Source of the DNA: Candidatus Latescibacterota bacterium
GTDB taxonomy: Bacteria > Latescibacterota > UBA2968 > GCA-2709665
Direction of reading: 5' to 3'
DNA length: 64,000 nucleotides
NCBI GenBank assembly: GCA_965222075.1
Contig: OZ244937.1
Location: 4,096,001 to 4,160,000, forward strand
Below, piece by piece: positions 39,244 to 49,649 of the stretch. The notes under the pieces were generated by a model, which made no database searches, had not been told where the DNA came from, and saw nothing but the letters and a program-made list of their open reading frames with translations. Each line of letters begins with the position of its first letter. The stretch's first letter is position 1. A program made the position numbers and the translations under genes.

Positions 39244-40695
39244 ATGGTTATTTTTATGACACAGCATGAAATCGCGCTCGGTCTGAAGACCCTCGGGTTG
39301 AAGGCAGGAGACATCGTCCTCCTCCACAGCTCGCTGTCCAGTTTGGGCCACGTGGAAGGTGGAGCCGATGCTGTTATCGATGCGTTCCTGGCCGTTCTGG
39401 GTGCTTCGGGTACGCTTGTGGCACCTACCTTTGGGGCGCTGGGGGTGATTCCGGAGACGCTCAAGCGCCGTCCGAATGCCGTTTCGAGCATTCACCCCAG
39501 AGCGAGCGTGGCCGCGATCGGCGGCGGCGCAGAGGAGATCTGTCGGGATCACTGGAAGGCGGAAACGGCCCACGGAGAAGGGACACCCTACCTCCGGATT
39601 GCCAAGATGGGGGGCTATATCTGTCTGCTGGGGGTGGATCAGGACCGGAATACAACCCTGCATTCGGTGGAGGCCCTGCTCCGTTTGCCCTATTTGGAGC
39701 CTACGGCGGAACTCACGTTCGCCACGCCGGAAGGAGAGGTCACCAGGTCCTGGCCCTTTTTTCCGGGACCGCATCGGGACTTCATCGGTCTGGATCGCAT
39801 GCTTCGAAAGCATCAGGCCATGCGGGTGGGCCGCATTGGCGATTCGGTGGTCCGTCTGATCAAGAGCCGGGATATGGTGGATGTCCTGCTGGAAATCGGC
39901 CGGGAAGACCCGGCTTTTGTTCTCTGCCACAACCCAAATTGCTCCGACTGTACACACCAGCGCGCAGCCATCCGTCGGGACCGGTTTGCCCGCGAAGCAT
40001 TCACGCTTGCCGCTTCGAGTAGCCTGGCCGGACGCTACATCCCGGAAATGGTTGAAACCTGTCAGGCAGCGGGAATCGAGGCGGTCGAACTGGATGTGCT
40101 CCAGGGCCAGCCGGCGCAGAATGTAGACCCGGACCGTCTGATGGGCGCCGTTGCCGAACTGAGGAAAAGCGGATTGGAGGTAACGGCATTGCGTATGTCT
40201 GCGATCTCAGAAGGCGTTGAGGTCTTCCTGGAGACAGCCGCGGCGTGCCGTGTGCAGCGGGTTGTGTTGCCCCTCACCCATAGTGCGGCCGGGTACGCCG
40301 GTGCGGCCAAAAAATCGGGAGTCTCGCTGTCTTTTTACAATACCGGCCTGAGCAGCGTGAAAGTCTTTGAATGGATGGCGGATCTTCGGAAGCGGGGGAT
40401 GAAAGTGGGGCTGACCTTCAATGCGGCCGGCTTTGCCCGGTCCGGAGAGAAGCCCTTTTTGGCCAGCTATCATAACAAACTGAAACGGTTCATCGATCAA
40501 CTCGACGTCGAAGACTGCACCTTTGACGGTACACCTGCGCCGCTGGCGGGCGGAAATGCCGAAATCAAGGAACTCATCTCCATCCTGCGCTGCGCCACCT
40601 TTGGCGGTTACATGGTCCTGGGGGCCGGGAACCGTTTTGGGGGACGCCTCTTGGATGCAGTGGAACGTCTTCTTGAACTCCTGGAAACCATGTAG
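39244..40695 (+). CDS. AAC(3)-family N-acetyltransferase fused to a TIM-barrel (xylose isomerase/AP endonuclease 2-like) domain
   Basis: LLHSSLSSLGHVEGG, PTF, HP..S, LLGV....NTTLH..E; CxxC linker; C-terminal GIEAVEL..LDVED..GNAEI. Confidence 0.75.
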   Translation: MVIFMTQHEIALGLKTLGLKAGDIVLLHSSLSSLGHVEGGADAVIDAFLAVLGASGTLVAPTFGALGVIPETLKRRPNAVSSIHPRASVAAIGGGAEEICRDHWKAETAHGEGTPYLRIAKMGGYICLLGVDQDRNTTLHSVEALLRLPYLEPTAELTFATPEGEVTRSWPFFPGPHRDFIGLDRMLRKHQAMRVGRIGDSVVRLIKSRDMVDVLLEIGREDPAFVLCHNPNCSDCTHQRAAIRRDRFAREAFTLAASSSLAGRYIPEMVETCQAAGIEAVELDVLQGQPAQNVDPDRLMGAVAELRKSGLEVTALRMSAISEGVEVFLETAAACRVQRVVLPLTHSAAGYAGAAKKSGVSLSFYNTGLSSVKVFEWMADLRKRGMKVGLTFNAAGFARSGEKPFLASYHNKLKRFIDQLDVEDCTFDGTPAPLAGGNAEIKELISILRCATFGGYMVLGAGNRFGGRLLDAVERLLELLETM

Positions 40696-40923
40696 CACAT
40701 ACCGAACGGACCCGTAACATGGCCGTATGCGACCCCATGGGAAACGCCCGGATTGTACGCCTGAACGCCAGGCTGATGCCGGTCAACCCGACCGAAATAC
40801 GGTTCGCGAATACGTGGAACAGCCTGACCTTTGGTTGACAGGGTAAGGCAGGCAATCAGACGGATACACCATCGAACGCTTTCAACCGCCCGCAGGCGCC
40901 TGAGACTGGAGAAAACAGTGCCG

Positions 40924-41691
40924 ATGACCACAAAAGACGCGCTTCGTGCATTGGGAGTGCAGGACGAAACATTAGCGCAGGAAGAGGTGGACTTTCTGGA
41001 CCGGAACGGCTACCTCGTTCTGAACAACATCATCACCCGTTCGCAGACCGAGGCGTTTATCGCCCGCCTCCAGGAACTATCGGACTCAGAAGGCGCTCAA
41101 CTCGAACGCGAGTCGGTTCCGGAAGAGGGAATGATCAAACTCTTCGACCTGGTCAACAAAGACGCCATCTTCGACCTCTGTTTTACCCACCCAAGAGTAC
41201 TTGCCGCCATGGCGCACATGCTGGACGATGACGTCAAGCTGCATTCGCTGGGAAGCCGTTCCGCCACGCCGGGACACGGCCTTCAGGGACTCCACGTTGA
41301 CTTCGGCGCAAACCTGGGTTCGGGCACCTGGGTCGGCTGCAACTCGGTGTGGCTCCTGGAAGACTTCACAGAAGAAAGCGGTGCCACGCGCCTCGTGCCG
41401 GGATCGCATCGATTCGGCAAACACCCCAAAGACGTGATGGCCGACTCAAAGCAGGTCCATCCCGACGAAATCCGGATCACCGCTCCGGCGGGAACCGTGG
41501 TGGTCTTCACCGGACACACCTGGCACGGAGGCGCCCAGAACCGCAGCAATCGAATCCGCTGGGCCATGCACGACGCATTCTGTCGGCGCGACTGTCCGCA
41601 GGACCCCGTCCTGCAGCAGATTCTATTACCCGAGGTCCGGGAGCGATTGGGAGATGCGGAGCAGGTCATTCTCGACGTTGAGAAGGGTTGA
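40924..41691 (+). CDS. PhyH family 2OG/Fe(II) dioxygenase
   Basis: LHVD, GATRLVPGSH, WHGGAQNRS. Confidence 0.88.
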   Translation: MTTKDALRALGVQDETLAQEEVDFLDRNGYLVLNNIITRSQTEAFIARLQELSDSEGAQLERESVPEEGMIKLFDLVNKDAIFDLCFTHPRVLAAMAHMLDDDVKLHSLGSRSATPGHGLQGLHVDFGANLGSGTWVGCNSVWLLEDFTEESGATRLVPGSHRFGKHPKDVMADSKQVHPDEIRITAPAGTVVVFTGHTWHGGAQNRSNRIRWAMHDAFCRRDCPQDPVLQQILLPEVRERLGDAEQVILDVEKG

Positions 41692-41768
41692 CAAACGAAA
41701 ATTCAGAACATCCTCACAAACGCCTCTTTGGAGCGGAACCCATCATGGAACAAAACTAAGGAGACACC

Positions 41769-42620
41769 ATGTCCGAACAACGCTTCATCAGCAAGCCCCT
41801 CACCGAACCCGGCGGCTTCACTTCCGGAATCGAAGGCCCCGGCTGTGATGCGGGCGGCAACCTCTATGTTGTCAACTACGCACGCGAGAGCACCATCGGC
41901 AAAGTCACCCCGGAAGGGGAATGCAGCATCTTTGTGGATCTTCCCAAAGGCAGCACCGGCAACGGCATCCGCTTCAACAGCGCCGGCGATATGCTCATTG
42001 CCGACTACACCGGTCACAATATCCTGAAAGTTGACATGCAGACCCGGGAAATCTCCGTGTATGCCCATGACCCCAACCTGAACCAGCCCAACGACATCGC
42101 CATTGGCGCCAACGACATCGTCTACGCCAGCGACCCGAACTGGCAGGACTCCACAGGCCAGATCTTCCGCGTCGGCGCTGATCGTAAATTCACCCTGCTG
42201 GAAACCGGCATGGGCACCACCAACGGCATCGAAGTCAGCCCCGGCGAAGACATCCTCTACGTTAATGAAACGGTCCAGCGCAACATCTGGGCCTACGACC
42301 TCTCGCCCGACGGCGAAATCAGCAACAAACGCCTGCTTATCCAGTTTCCCGACTTCAGCATGGACGGCATGCGTTGCGACGTGGAAGGCAACATCTACGT
42401 CACACGCCACGGCAAGGGCACCATCGCCAAACTCTCGCCCGGGGGGGACATTCTGGAAGACATCGAACTGGGAGGCAAGAGCTGCACCAACCTCGCTTTC
42501 GGCGGGCCCGACGGCCGTACCTGTTACGTCACCATCGCCGACCGCGGCAACGTGGAATCCTTCCGCACCAACTTGCCAGGCCGGAGCTGGAAGCTCTACA
42601 AAGACCGCGGGCAACGATAA
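41769..42620 (+). CDS. SMP-30/gluconolactonase/LRE family protein
   Basis: EGP, GNG, PND, NGIEVSP, DGMRCD, TNLAFGGPD; AAGGAG RBS. Confidence 0.92.
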   Translation: MSEQRFISKPLTEPGGFTSGIEGPGCDAGGNLYVVNYARESTIGKVTPEGECSIFVDLPKGSTGNGIRFNSAGDMLIADYTGHNILKVDMQTREISVYAHDPNLNQPNDIAIGANDIVYASDPNWQDSTGQIFRVGADRKFTLLETGMGTTNGIEVSPGEDILYVNETVQRNIWAYDLSPDGEISNKRLLIQFPDFSMDGMRCDVEGNIYVTRHGKGTIAKLSPGGDILEDIELGGKSCTNLAFGGPDGRTCYVTIADRGNVESFRTNLPGRSWKLYKDRGQR

Positions 42621-42670
42621 CGGACGACGGACGATAGCGATACGGTCTATGGTCCGTGGACTTCATACCC

Positions 42671-43122
42671 ATGCAACCGCTAAACTTTCCCTGCGACTAT
42701 GCGTTCGATATCCGGACGTCCGGCGGAAAGTCCACCATCTTCGATCCTCTCCGCCGAAAACACGTGCGGTTGACGCCGGAGGAGTGGGTGCGTCAGAACC
42801 TGGTGCAGTACCTTGTTGATGACCTGAAATTCCCGGTGGGCCGCACCGCTATCGAGACCGGCTTCACATACCAGGGCATCCAGCACCGCGCCGATGTAAT
42901 CGTCTACGACCGCCGGGGAAAACCGGTCCTCATGGCCGAATGCAAAGCGCCCGATGTAAAAATCAAACAGGACGCATTCGACCAGATCGCCCGGTACAAT
43001 ACGTCCGTACAGGCCAATTACCTTGTGGTCACAACGGACTCACCCACTACTGCTACGTTCTCGACCGCGAGGCGCGAACGTACCGTTTTCTGGATCAATT
43101 GCCCCGATACGAGGACCTCTGA
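42671..43122 (+). pseudogene. HSDR_N-type (Type I restriction HsdR N-terminal domain) standalone protein, frameshifted
   Basis: DPLRRK...TPEEWVRQ, RAD, ECKAP, QIARYN. The expected VTNGL.HY continues in another frame after about 43033 (GTC ACA AC GGA). Confidence 0.75.
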
Positions 43123-43173
43123 CTGTCCCGATGTCTGGATGCTCAGCTGCTCTGACCCTCTCAAGGAGCCAAC

Positions 43174-44178
43174 ATGCAGCGCATCCCCTTTCAAAAGCTA
43201 TACGATGAATGCCACCGCGTCCTCATCACAACCGGCTTCACGCCGGATCGTGCGGACGTGTGCGCCAGGGTCTTTGCCGAAAACACGCGCGACGGCGTCC
43301 ACTCCCACGGCCTGAACCGCTTTCCCCAGTTTATTGAAAGGGCGAAAGAAGGCCGCCACATCGACATCCATGCCATGCCAAAAAAGGCGGACGGCTTCGG
43401 CCTTGTAGAACGGTGGGACGGCTGCCTGGGTCCCGGCATCCCCAACGCCACCTTTTGCATGGACCGCGCAATCTCCCTGGCCCGGGAATACGGCATCGGA
43501 TGTGTCGCCCTCAAAAACACCAACCACTGGATGCGGGCGGGCACCTACGGGCTGCAGGCTGCCGACGCCGGTTGCATCGGCATCTGCTGGACCAACACCA
43601 CCAAGCTCATGCCTCCCTGGGGGTCTGCCGAACGCAAAGTCGGCAACAACCCCCTCGTCATTGCCATCCCCCGGCCCGGCGGCCACATTCTCCTGGACAT
43701 GGCCATCAGTCAGTTCTCCGGCGGCAAAATGGAAATCTACCGCCGCAACGGCGAACCGCTCCCTGTCAAGGGCGGCTACGACACCCACGGCAACCTTACC
43801 TGCGATGCGGTTGCCATCCACGAATCGGGCCGCTCCCTGCCCATCGGCTGCTGGAAAGGCTCCGGCCTCGCCCTTACGCTTGACCTCGTCGTCACCCTCC
43901 TCTCCGGCGGCCGGTCCACCTATCAACTCGCAAAAGAAAAGGACGAATACGGCGTCTCCCAGATCTTCATCGCCATCGACGTCACAACCCTCGTCGGCGA
44001 ACAGGTCCTCCACCAGACCGTTGGTGAGATCATCGACGATTTGCACGATGCCTCTCCCTTAGCGGGACACGAAAAGGTCACCTACCCCGGAGAGCGCATG
44101 CTCCAGACCCGGAAGGAAAACCTCACTCACGGCATCCCCGTGAACACCGACTACTGGCAACAGGTCCTGGACATGTAG
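43174..44178 (+). CDS. yiaK: 3-dehydro-L-gulonate 2-dehydrogenase (YiaK/DlgD)
   Basis: DGVHSHGLNRFP, NTNHWMRAGTYG, CWTNT..MPPWG, GNNP, WKGSGL. Confidence 0.85.
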   Translation: MQRIPFQKLYDECHRVLITTGFTPDRADVCARVFAENTRDGVHSHGLNRFPQFIERAKEGRHIDIHAMPKKADGFGLVERWDGCLGPGIPNATFCMDRAISLAREYGIGCVALKNTNHWMRAGTYGLQAADAGCIGICWTNTTKLMPPWGSAERKVGNNPLVIAIPRPGGHILLDMAISQFSGGKMEIYRRNGEPLPVKGGYDTHGNLTCDAVAIHESGRSLPIGCWKGSGLALTLDLVVTLLSGGRSTYQLAKEKDEYGVSQIFIAIDVTTLVGEQVLHQTVGEIIDDLHDASPLAGHEKVTYPGERMLQTRKENLTHGIPVNTDYWQQVLDM

Positions 44179-44311
44179 ATTGTAGATTGTAGATTGGAAG
44201 AAGATTTTTCAATATTCAATTTCGTTGACTGCCTCCTCCCAATCATGTACCATGAATACCCCACACCCTTCCCCGAAGTTCACCCTGTTGTATAAATAAG
44301 GAGGTCGCGCC

Positions 44312-44683
44312 ATGAGCCAGCTCAGCATCCAGACCGCCAGCACGCCGTCCAGTCCCCTGCCCGACATGCCCATTGACCCGGCCTGGATCAAGGAGGGCAA
44401 TCCCACCGCTCGAGGCACGATTCTCATACAGAGCGCAGACAAAACAGTCTCCAGCGGCTTCTGGGAATGCAGCGAGGGCAAATTCGAGTGGCACTTCACC
44501 TGGGATGAGTTCATTCGTGTCATCGAAGGCCAATTCACCATCACCGAAGACGGCGGCCAGACCCATACGCTCGGCCCCGGCGATACCGCGCACTTTCCCC
44601 TGGGTCTCAAAGCCCACTGGCACGTCATCCAGCCGGTCAAGAAATTCTTCGTCATCAACACCTCCGAACCGCTGGAGTTATAA
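44312..44683 (+). CDS. cupin domain protein (DUF861/EutQ-like)
   Basis: GFWECSEGKF..DE....IEG..GPGD..FP.G...W; AAGGAGG RBS. Confidence 0.85.
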   Translation: MSQLSIQTASTPSSPLPDMPIDPAWIKEGNPTARGTILIQSADKTVSSGFWECSEGKFEWHFTWDEFIRVIEGQFTITEDGGQTHTLGPGDTAHFPLGLKAHWHVIQPVKKFFVINTSEPLEL

Positions 44684-44726
44684 GCACGACGAAAATTTGC
44701 CATGCCCTGTTCAGGAGACAGCCCCG

Positions 44727-45209
44727 ATGCCCCTCAAAACCTGCCACCACCACGGCTTTACCGTATCCGACATGGACGAATCGGTCCATTTCTACTGCGA
44801 CCTGCTGGGCCTGGAACTCATCCAGGACGCGTTGCGCGAAAATATCCCGTCCTACGACCGGATCCTCGGCTACAAAGACGTGAAACTGCGGGTGGTGATT
44901 CTCAAAGATACATACGAATCCGTCCTGGTGGAATTGATCCATTACCTCAATCCCCCCTCGCAAAAACGGCAGATGCAGAACCACTTTGTCGGCTCATCCC
45001 ACCTGGCCTTCGAAGTCGATGACATCGACGGCATCTACCGGCGCCTGCACGACAGCGGCTGCCGCTTCATCAGCGATGGGGTCGTAGACGTGGTCCGCGA
45101 CGGAAAGTTGGTCGCCCGCAGCGTCTACGCGCTCGACCCCGACGGCATCAGTCTGGAGATGTTCGAGCAGGTCGGCGGCGAGATCGACAAAGCGCTGGCC
45201 GGGAATTAG
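44727..45209 (+). CDS. VOC/glyoxalase family protein
   Basis: HHGFTVSDMDESVHFY..LLG; HLAFEVDDID; DPDGISLE. Confidence 0.88.
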   Translation: MPLKTCHHHGFTVSDMDESVHFYCDLLGLELIQDALRENIPSYDRILGYKDVKLRVVILKDTYESVLVELIHYLNPPSQKRQMQNHFVGSSHLAFEVDDIDGIYRRLHDSGCRFISDGVVDVVRDGKLVARSVYALDPDGISLEMFEQVGGEIDKALAGN

Positions 45210-45341
45210 CTGAATGAAAGGATGGGGGGTTGAAAAAAATCGCGAATCCGGCCCTGTGGCAGTCCCCGGCCCTGTGCTCCGGGTGCCTGCGGTGCAGGGC
45301 CTGAACGCATGGTGCCCCCAAGATAACGGTTGTGGACATGG
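45208..45341 (+). repeat. ~134-bp intergenic repeat, copy 1
   Basis: Near-identical to 54322-54455. Confidence 0.9.
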
Positions 45342-45354
45342 AGGAACGTAACCT

Positions 45355-46137
45355 ATGAGTGAATCCCCCTCCCTGGCGCTCGTAACCGGAGCGGCCCAGG
45401 GCATTGGCAGGGCGATCACCCAGCGGTTGCTGCACAACGGCAGGCGCGTTATCGCCCTGGATATGGCCGCGGACAACCTGGCAAAACTCGCCGACGAACA
45501 GGCCAGCCAAGACCTGATCACCTGCCCGTTCGACCTGGCGCGAGCGGGCGAAATTCCCCGGCTGATCCGCGAGCGGGTTGACCGGCACGGCCCGATTACC
45601 GCCCTGGTCAACAACGCCGGTATCTGGCCGGGCGGCGCTATCGTCGACCTGACCGATGAAACCTGGAACCGGGCCCTGACGGTCAATCTGACCGCGCCTT
45701 TTGCACTGATGCGTGCGCTGGCCCCGGTCATGGCCGGCGCCGGGGGCGGCGCCATTGTCAATATCGCCAGTCGAAACGCCTTTCGCTCCAGCACCAACTT
45801 CGCCGCATACGACGCCTCCAAGGCCGGTCTGGTGGCCCTCACGCGCACCGCCGCAGGGGAGTTCGCCAAGTACCGCATCCGTGTCAACGCGGTCTGTCCC
45901 GGCGTTATCTCCACGCCCGGCGACACCTCGATCGAAGCACAGCCCTTCAAGGCCGCCTACCTCAAGCAGATCCCGATGGGCCGCTACGGCCAGTCGGAAG
46001 AGGTCGCCGGCGTGGTCTGCTTCCTGCTTTCAGACGACGCCTCGTACATCACCGGTGAGTCGATCACGGTCGACGGCGGCCAGATCGCCTGTCAGGACAA
46101 CAAGCGCTTCATGGAGATCCCCGGCCTCAAGGCCTGA
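45355..46137 (+). CDS. SDR family oxidoreductase
   Basis: TGAAQGIG, NNAG, YDASK. Confidence 0.93.
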   Translation: MSESPSLALVTGAAQGIGRAITQRLLHNGRRVIALDMAADNLAKLADEQASQDLITCPFDLARAGEIPRLIRERVDRHGPITALVNNAGIWPGGAIVDLTDETWNRALTVNLTAPFALMRALAPVMAGAGGGAIVNIASRNAFRSSTNFAAYDASKAGLVALTRTAAGEFAKYRIRVNAVCPGVISTPGDTSIEAQPFKAAYLKQIPMGRYGQSEEVAGVVCFLLSDDASYITGESITVDGGQIACQDNKRFMEIPGLKA

Positions 46138-46244
46138 TCGCAGAAAGCGCACACCGGCGCCAGGTAAAATGGAAAACCGCACCAAAAAAGGTGCGGTTTC
46201 TTGTTTGTACAAGACAAAGGGGGCTGGATCGGAGACACCGACCC

Positions 46245-49200
46245 TTAACCGATGGAAGTGTCCCGCCCCTTCAGATAAGCGATCAGAGGCAGCGCCAGGG
46301 GGGCGAGCCCGAGCAGAAGTATCGCGGCCCCATTGGCCTGATAGAAAGTGTTCTCCACTTTCAGAAGGGACAGCCCCGGCTCAATCAGCGAGGGGGCCCA
46401 TAGCGCTATCATATAGGCCAGCAGGTTAAAGCGCACCACCCATCCCACCAGAAAGATCAAACTCCCCCATGAAATCAGGTTCAACCCGGCCAGGATGGCG
46501 AAGTGATACAGGTCTTTGGCCGGCCCCACAGCGCCCACCATCACCCCGACGACGATCAGTCCCAGCCCCAGCAGCCAGGTCCGCTTCAGCGCCTGCTGCC
46601 AGACCAGAAAGACCGCCAGCGTCAGTAAGAGGATCAGCAGGATACCTCCAACAGCATCGGTCAATTCATTCAGGACCGGAAGGTAGGTGTTCAGCCCCGG
46701 GGGCGAAAACCCGCCCGGCTTGAGGTAATCCGTCAGCCAGTGGTAGTTCACAAAAAGCCCGACCTGTTCGATTCCTTTCCTGATCAGCGCCAGTGTGCCC
46801 CCCAGCAGGAGAGCATCCAGCCAGAAGCGAGCCCCGCCCTCGCGCAGCCGCAGCAGCCCGAACCAGCCGGCAGGCGCCATCTCGTGGGGATAGAGCGCCC
46901 GGAACAGCGCTACGGCTAAGGCCACGACCAGAGTCATCATCAGGCTCGTAAAAGCGGGAGTCAGCAGGAAGCCGATTGCATTTCCCCAGAGAAAGGTCGC
47001 CAGGGCCTGGCTCGTATCGTACTGCTGAAAGAATGTCGGCAGATCATTGAGCCTGTCAACCAGCATCAGCGCCGCTGCCAAAACGCCGATCCATACCGCG
47101 AAACGCCATCTCACCTGCCTTTCCCGGAAGGCCCGCAGGAAATAGCGTCCGGCCAGGACCACCGTTGCAAGGACCAGCACAACGCTCACCACCTGCGGAA
47201 TCACATCCTTCGCCTTCTGCTCGCGCAGTTCCCGCAGAAACGCCTCCGGCGCCTTGTAGTGCAGGCCGAAGCTTCCGACCCGGTCCCCCTGAACGCGTGT
47301 GCTCATCCGGAATTCCCCGTCCTCCACCTTCCGGTCAATCCGCTCCCAGATGAAATAGTGGTCCATCCGGGCTTCCTCTTTCTCCGATCGGGATTCCAGA
47401 AGTTTGTAACGAACCGTATCCGTAACCGACCGTCCGAAATGTCTTTCCACAAACGGCCGGGCAATAGTCCGGGCGGAATCCGCATCCAGGGTGGCCCCGG
47501 CCCGGGCCTCCGGAATGATGTGATTAAAAAACACGACCTGTCCTGCGCCATCCACCCCAACCTGCACCTCTTCCTTCTCCAGCGGCCTGAACCAGCGCAC
47601 CCGCCACGTCCAGGGGGCCGTCTCCTCGGAGGCCAGCGTATCCGCCCGGGCCACTCCCGCATGTCGAACAAGGTGTACAAAGTGGGACGACCCCACGTTG
47701 CTTCGAAACTGTGCGCTCCTGCGATAGCCCGTGATATCCAGTCCAACCTTATCACAAAACGCCTCCGCCTTCCCAATCGCTTCTGCCCGGTTCACCGAAA
47801 GCGAAAGCGTCCTCGCGCCGAACTGTTCCACGCCCAGGCCCGCCATCAGGGCAATGCCCACAGCCGCAAATACGCCCGCGGTCACCCGTCCCCGTCTGTC
47901 AAGTAAATAGGCCTCCGGCCCCTTCTGTGGCAGCGCGTCCTCCTGAGGCGCCTTCTCCGGTTGGGGAGGGGGCGCCTCAACAGCCGGTTCAAGAGTCTCC
48001 TCTTCGGCCGTCTCCTCAACCTCGCGCGAGTACCCGGTCAGGAAGGCAATCAGGGCCGGGATTGCGGGCAGGAGCAGAATCCCGGTCACCGCAATCCCCG
48101 AAACCTGGAAATACAGGCTCGCAGACTTCATCATCGGCAGCGCAGTCAGGAAAGCATTGTAAGCGTAATGGGCGATAATCGGCGCCCAGATCCCGAAACG
48201 GAGGAAAGCCGCGCCGAACATCACACCCACCACAGTCAGCTCAATCCCGCGCGTATAGATCGGCTCCACCGGATAGTTGGAATGCAGAAACGCCCAGACC
48301 ACAGCCGGCAGCAGCACCGCAAGCCACCGCCGCTTCAACCACCGGATCAGCAGCGGAATGGCCAGCAGCCGGAAGAAAAACTCCTCCATTGTAGAGGCCG
48401 CCAGCCCTACCAGCAACGGGTAGATCCAGGGGATCAGCGTGCTGAACGCATTGTCGTATTCGCTCACATCCGCTGGGAACCAGATCCCGAAATAGCGCGA
48501 TCCCACCAGGTAGAACAGGGTTACATAGCCCACCATAACCCCTGCGATTCCGTAGCCTACAAGCGTTGATCGTAAAAACCCCTTTGAAAGCATTCCACCC
48601 GGCGAAAAGCGCCCCAGTGGATCCCGCCTGCCCCCAAAGAGCACCTCTCGCCCCAGCGCGCCCCCGGCCGTACCGGTCATACAGATAATCCCGCCTGACA
48701 AAACCGAGCCGATGATCGCTCCAAGCAGAAGAACCATCAGAAAGGCGCTGTACGACTGCGTCGTATTATAGTCATAAGAAATCAGAGGCAATCCGTTCAT
48801 CTGTGCGGCCACCGTCGCCACTGCAACCAGCACGCCCACAACCAGGCCGGCCTGCCACCGGAGCGTCCCTTTTCGGTAAGCTTTCACCAGCACTACCAGC
48901 ATCGCCACGGCCAGGGCGAGCCAGAACACGGCAAACGCCTGGCTCAGCAGGTTCGCCCGGGAGCGAACCTCTGTGTACTTCCGGGTAAAGGTCTCGGGAA
49001 CTTTCAGATACTCCCCGAATTGCCCGACCCGGTCTCCCTGCACAACAACCCCCAGCCGGTAGTGCCCGTCTTCCCCAACCGTAAACCCGGCTTTGCGGTA
49101 CGTAAACGTGTGGTCGGTCCGCGCTTTGCGCTCCACACTCGACCGGTCGATCAGCGTATAATCGTTCAGATCGAACCCCTGGACCTCCTTCACAAACCGC

Positions 49201-49649
49201 TCGGCAATCGGCAGCGCGGCCTCCTGCGCCAGGCTCGCGCCCTCGTCCGACTCCAGAACCCGGTGTGAAAAGCTCACAATCCGGCCCCCGGGATCGAGCC
49301 GGACTCGAAACTCCTCCTTCTGCAGGGGTTTGAACCACCGCACGTTCCAGGTCCAGATCGAGACCCATTCCCGCGCCAGCCGGTTCGTCTCCTCCAACCC
49401 CAGCGTCTTCTCCAGAAAAATCTGCTCCATCTGATTCCGGGAAAACACCTGGGCGCTCTCGTATCCCTCCATGTCGTATCCCAGATTCCCCAGATAGTCC
49501 TCAGCCTTTTGAAACACCTCTTCCCGGCTCAGTTTAAAATCCAGCGACGCAGCTGGAAACGCCTCGGTATAAAAATGCAGAAAAACCCACAGCCCGACCG
49601 CTCCCAGAGCCAGAAGCAGCACAATCCACACACCCTCGCGGCGATCCAT
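46245..49649 (-). CDS. large CPBP (Abi/CAAX) intramembrane metalloprotease with duplicated extracytoplasmic domain
   Basis: EEFFFR, WAFLH, AHYAYN; two copies of WTWxVRWFxPLxKEE. Confidence 0.82.
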   Translation of the reverse strand: MDRREGVWIVLLLALGAVGLWVFLHFYTEAFPAASLDFKLSREEVFQKAEDYLGNLGYDMEGYESAQVFSRNQMEQIFLEKTLGLEETNRLAREWVSIWTWNVRWFKPLQKEEFRVRLDPGGRIVSFSHRVLESDEGASLAQEAALPIAERFVKEVQGFDLNDYTLIDRSSVERKARTDHTFTYRKAGFTVGEDGHYRLGVVVQGDRVGQFGEYLKVPETFTRKYTEVRSRANLLSQAFAVFWLALAVAMLVVLVKAYRKGTLRWQAGLVVGVLVAVATVAAQMNGLPLISYDYNTTQSYSAFLMVLLLGAIIGSVLSGGIICMTGTAGGALGREVLFGGRRDPLGRFSPGGMLSKGFLRSTLVGYGIAGVMVGYVTLFYLVGSRYFGIWFPADVSEYDNAFSTLIPWIYPLLVGLAASTMEEFFFRLLAIPLLIRWLKRRWLAVLLPAVVWAFLHSNYPVEPIYTRGIELTVVGVMFGAAFLRFGIWAPIIAHYAYNAFLTALPMMKSASLYFQVSGIAVTGILLLPAIPALIAFLTGYSREVEETAEEETLEPAVEAPPPQPEKAPQEDALPQKGPEAYLLDRRGRVTAGVFAAVGIALMAGLGVEQFGARTLSLSVNRAEAIGKAEAFCDKVGLDITGYRRSAQFRSNVGSSHFVHLVRHAGVARADTLASEETAPWTWRVRWFRPLEKEEVQVGVDGAGQVVFFNHIIPEARAGATLDADSARTIARPFVERHFGRSVTDTVRYKLLESRSEKEEARMDHYFIWERIDRKVEDGEFRMSTRVQGDRVGSFGLHYKAPEAFLRELREQKAKDVIPQVVSVVLVLATVVLAGRYFLRAFRERQVRWRFAVWIGVLAAALMLVDRLNDLPTFFQQYDTSQALATFLWGNAIGFLLTPAFTSLMMTLVVALAVALFRALYPHEMAPAGWFGLLRLREGGARFWLDALLLGGTLALIRKGIEQVGLFVNYHWLTDYLKPGGFSPPGLNTYLPVLNELTDAVGGILLILLLTLAVFLVWQQALKRTWLLGLGLIVVGVMVGAVGPAKDLYHFAILAGLNLISWGSLIFLVGWVVRFNLLAYMIALWAPSLIEPGLSLLKVENTFYQANGAAILLLGLAPLALPLIAYLKGRDTSIG

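Noticed and set aside
40719-40838. Short ORF MAVCDPMGNARIVRLNARLMP.. possibly a dehydrogenase N-terminal fragment
   Set aside because: Too short and too weak a resemblance to call.
45208-45341. Possible c-di-AMP (ydaO) riboswitch because of GCTGAA motifs
   Set aside because: The remaining conserved core is absent and it sits at gene 3' ends; treated as a repeat.
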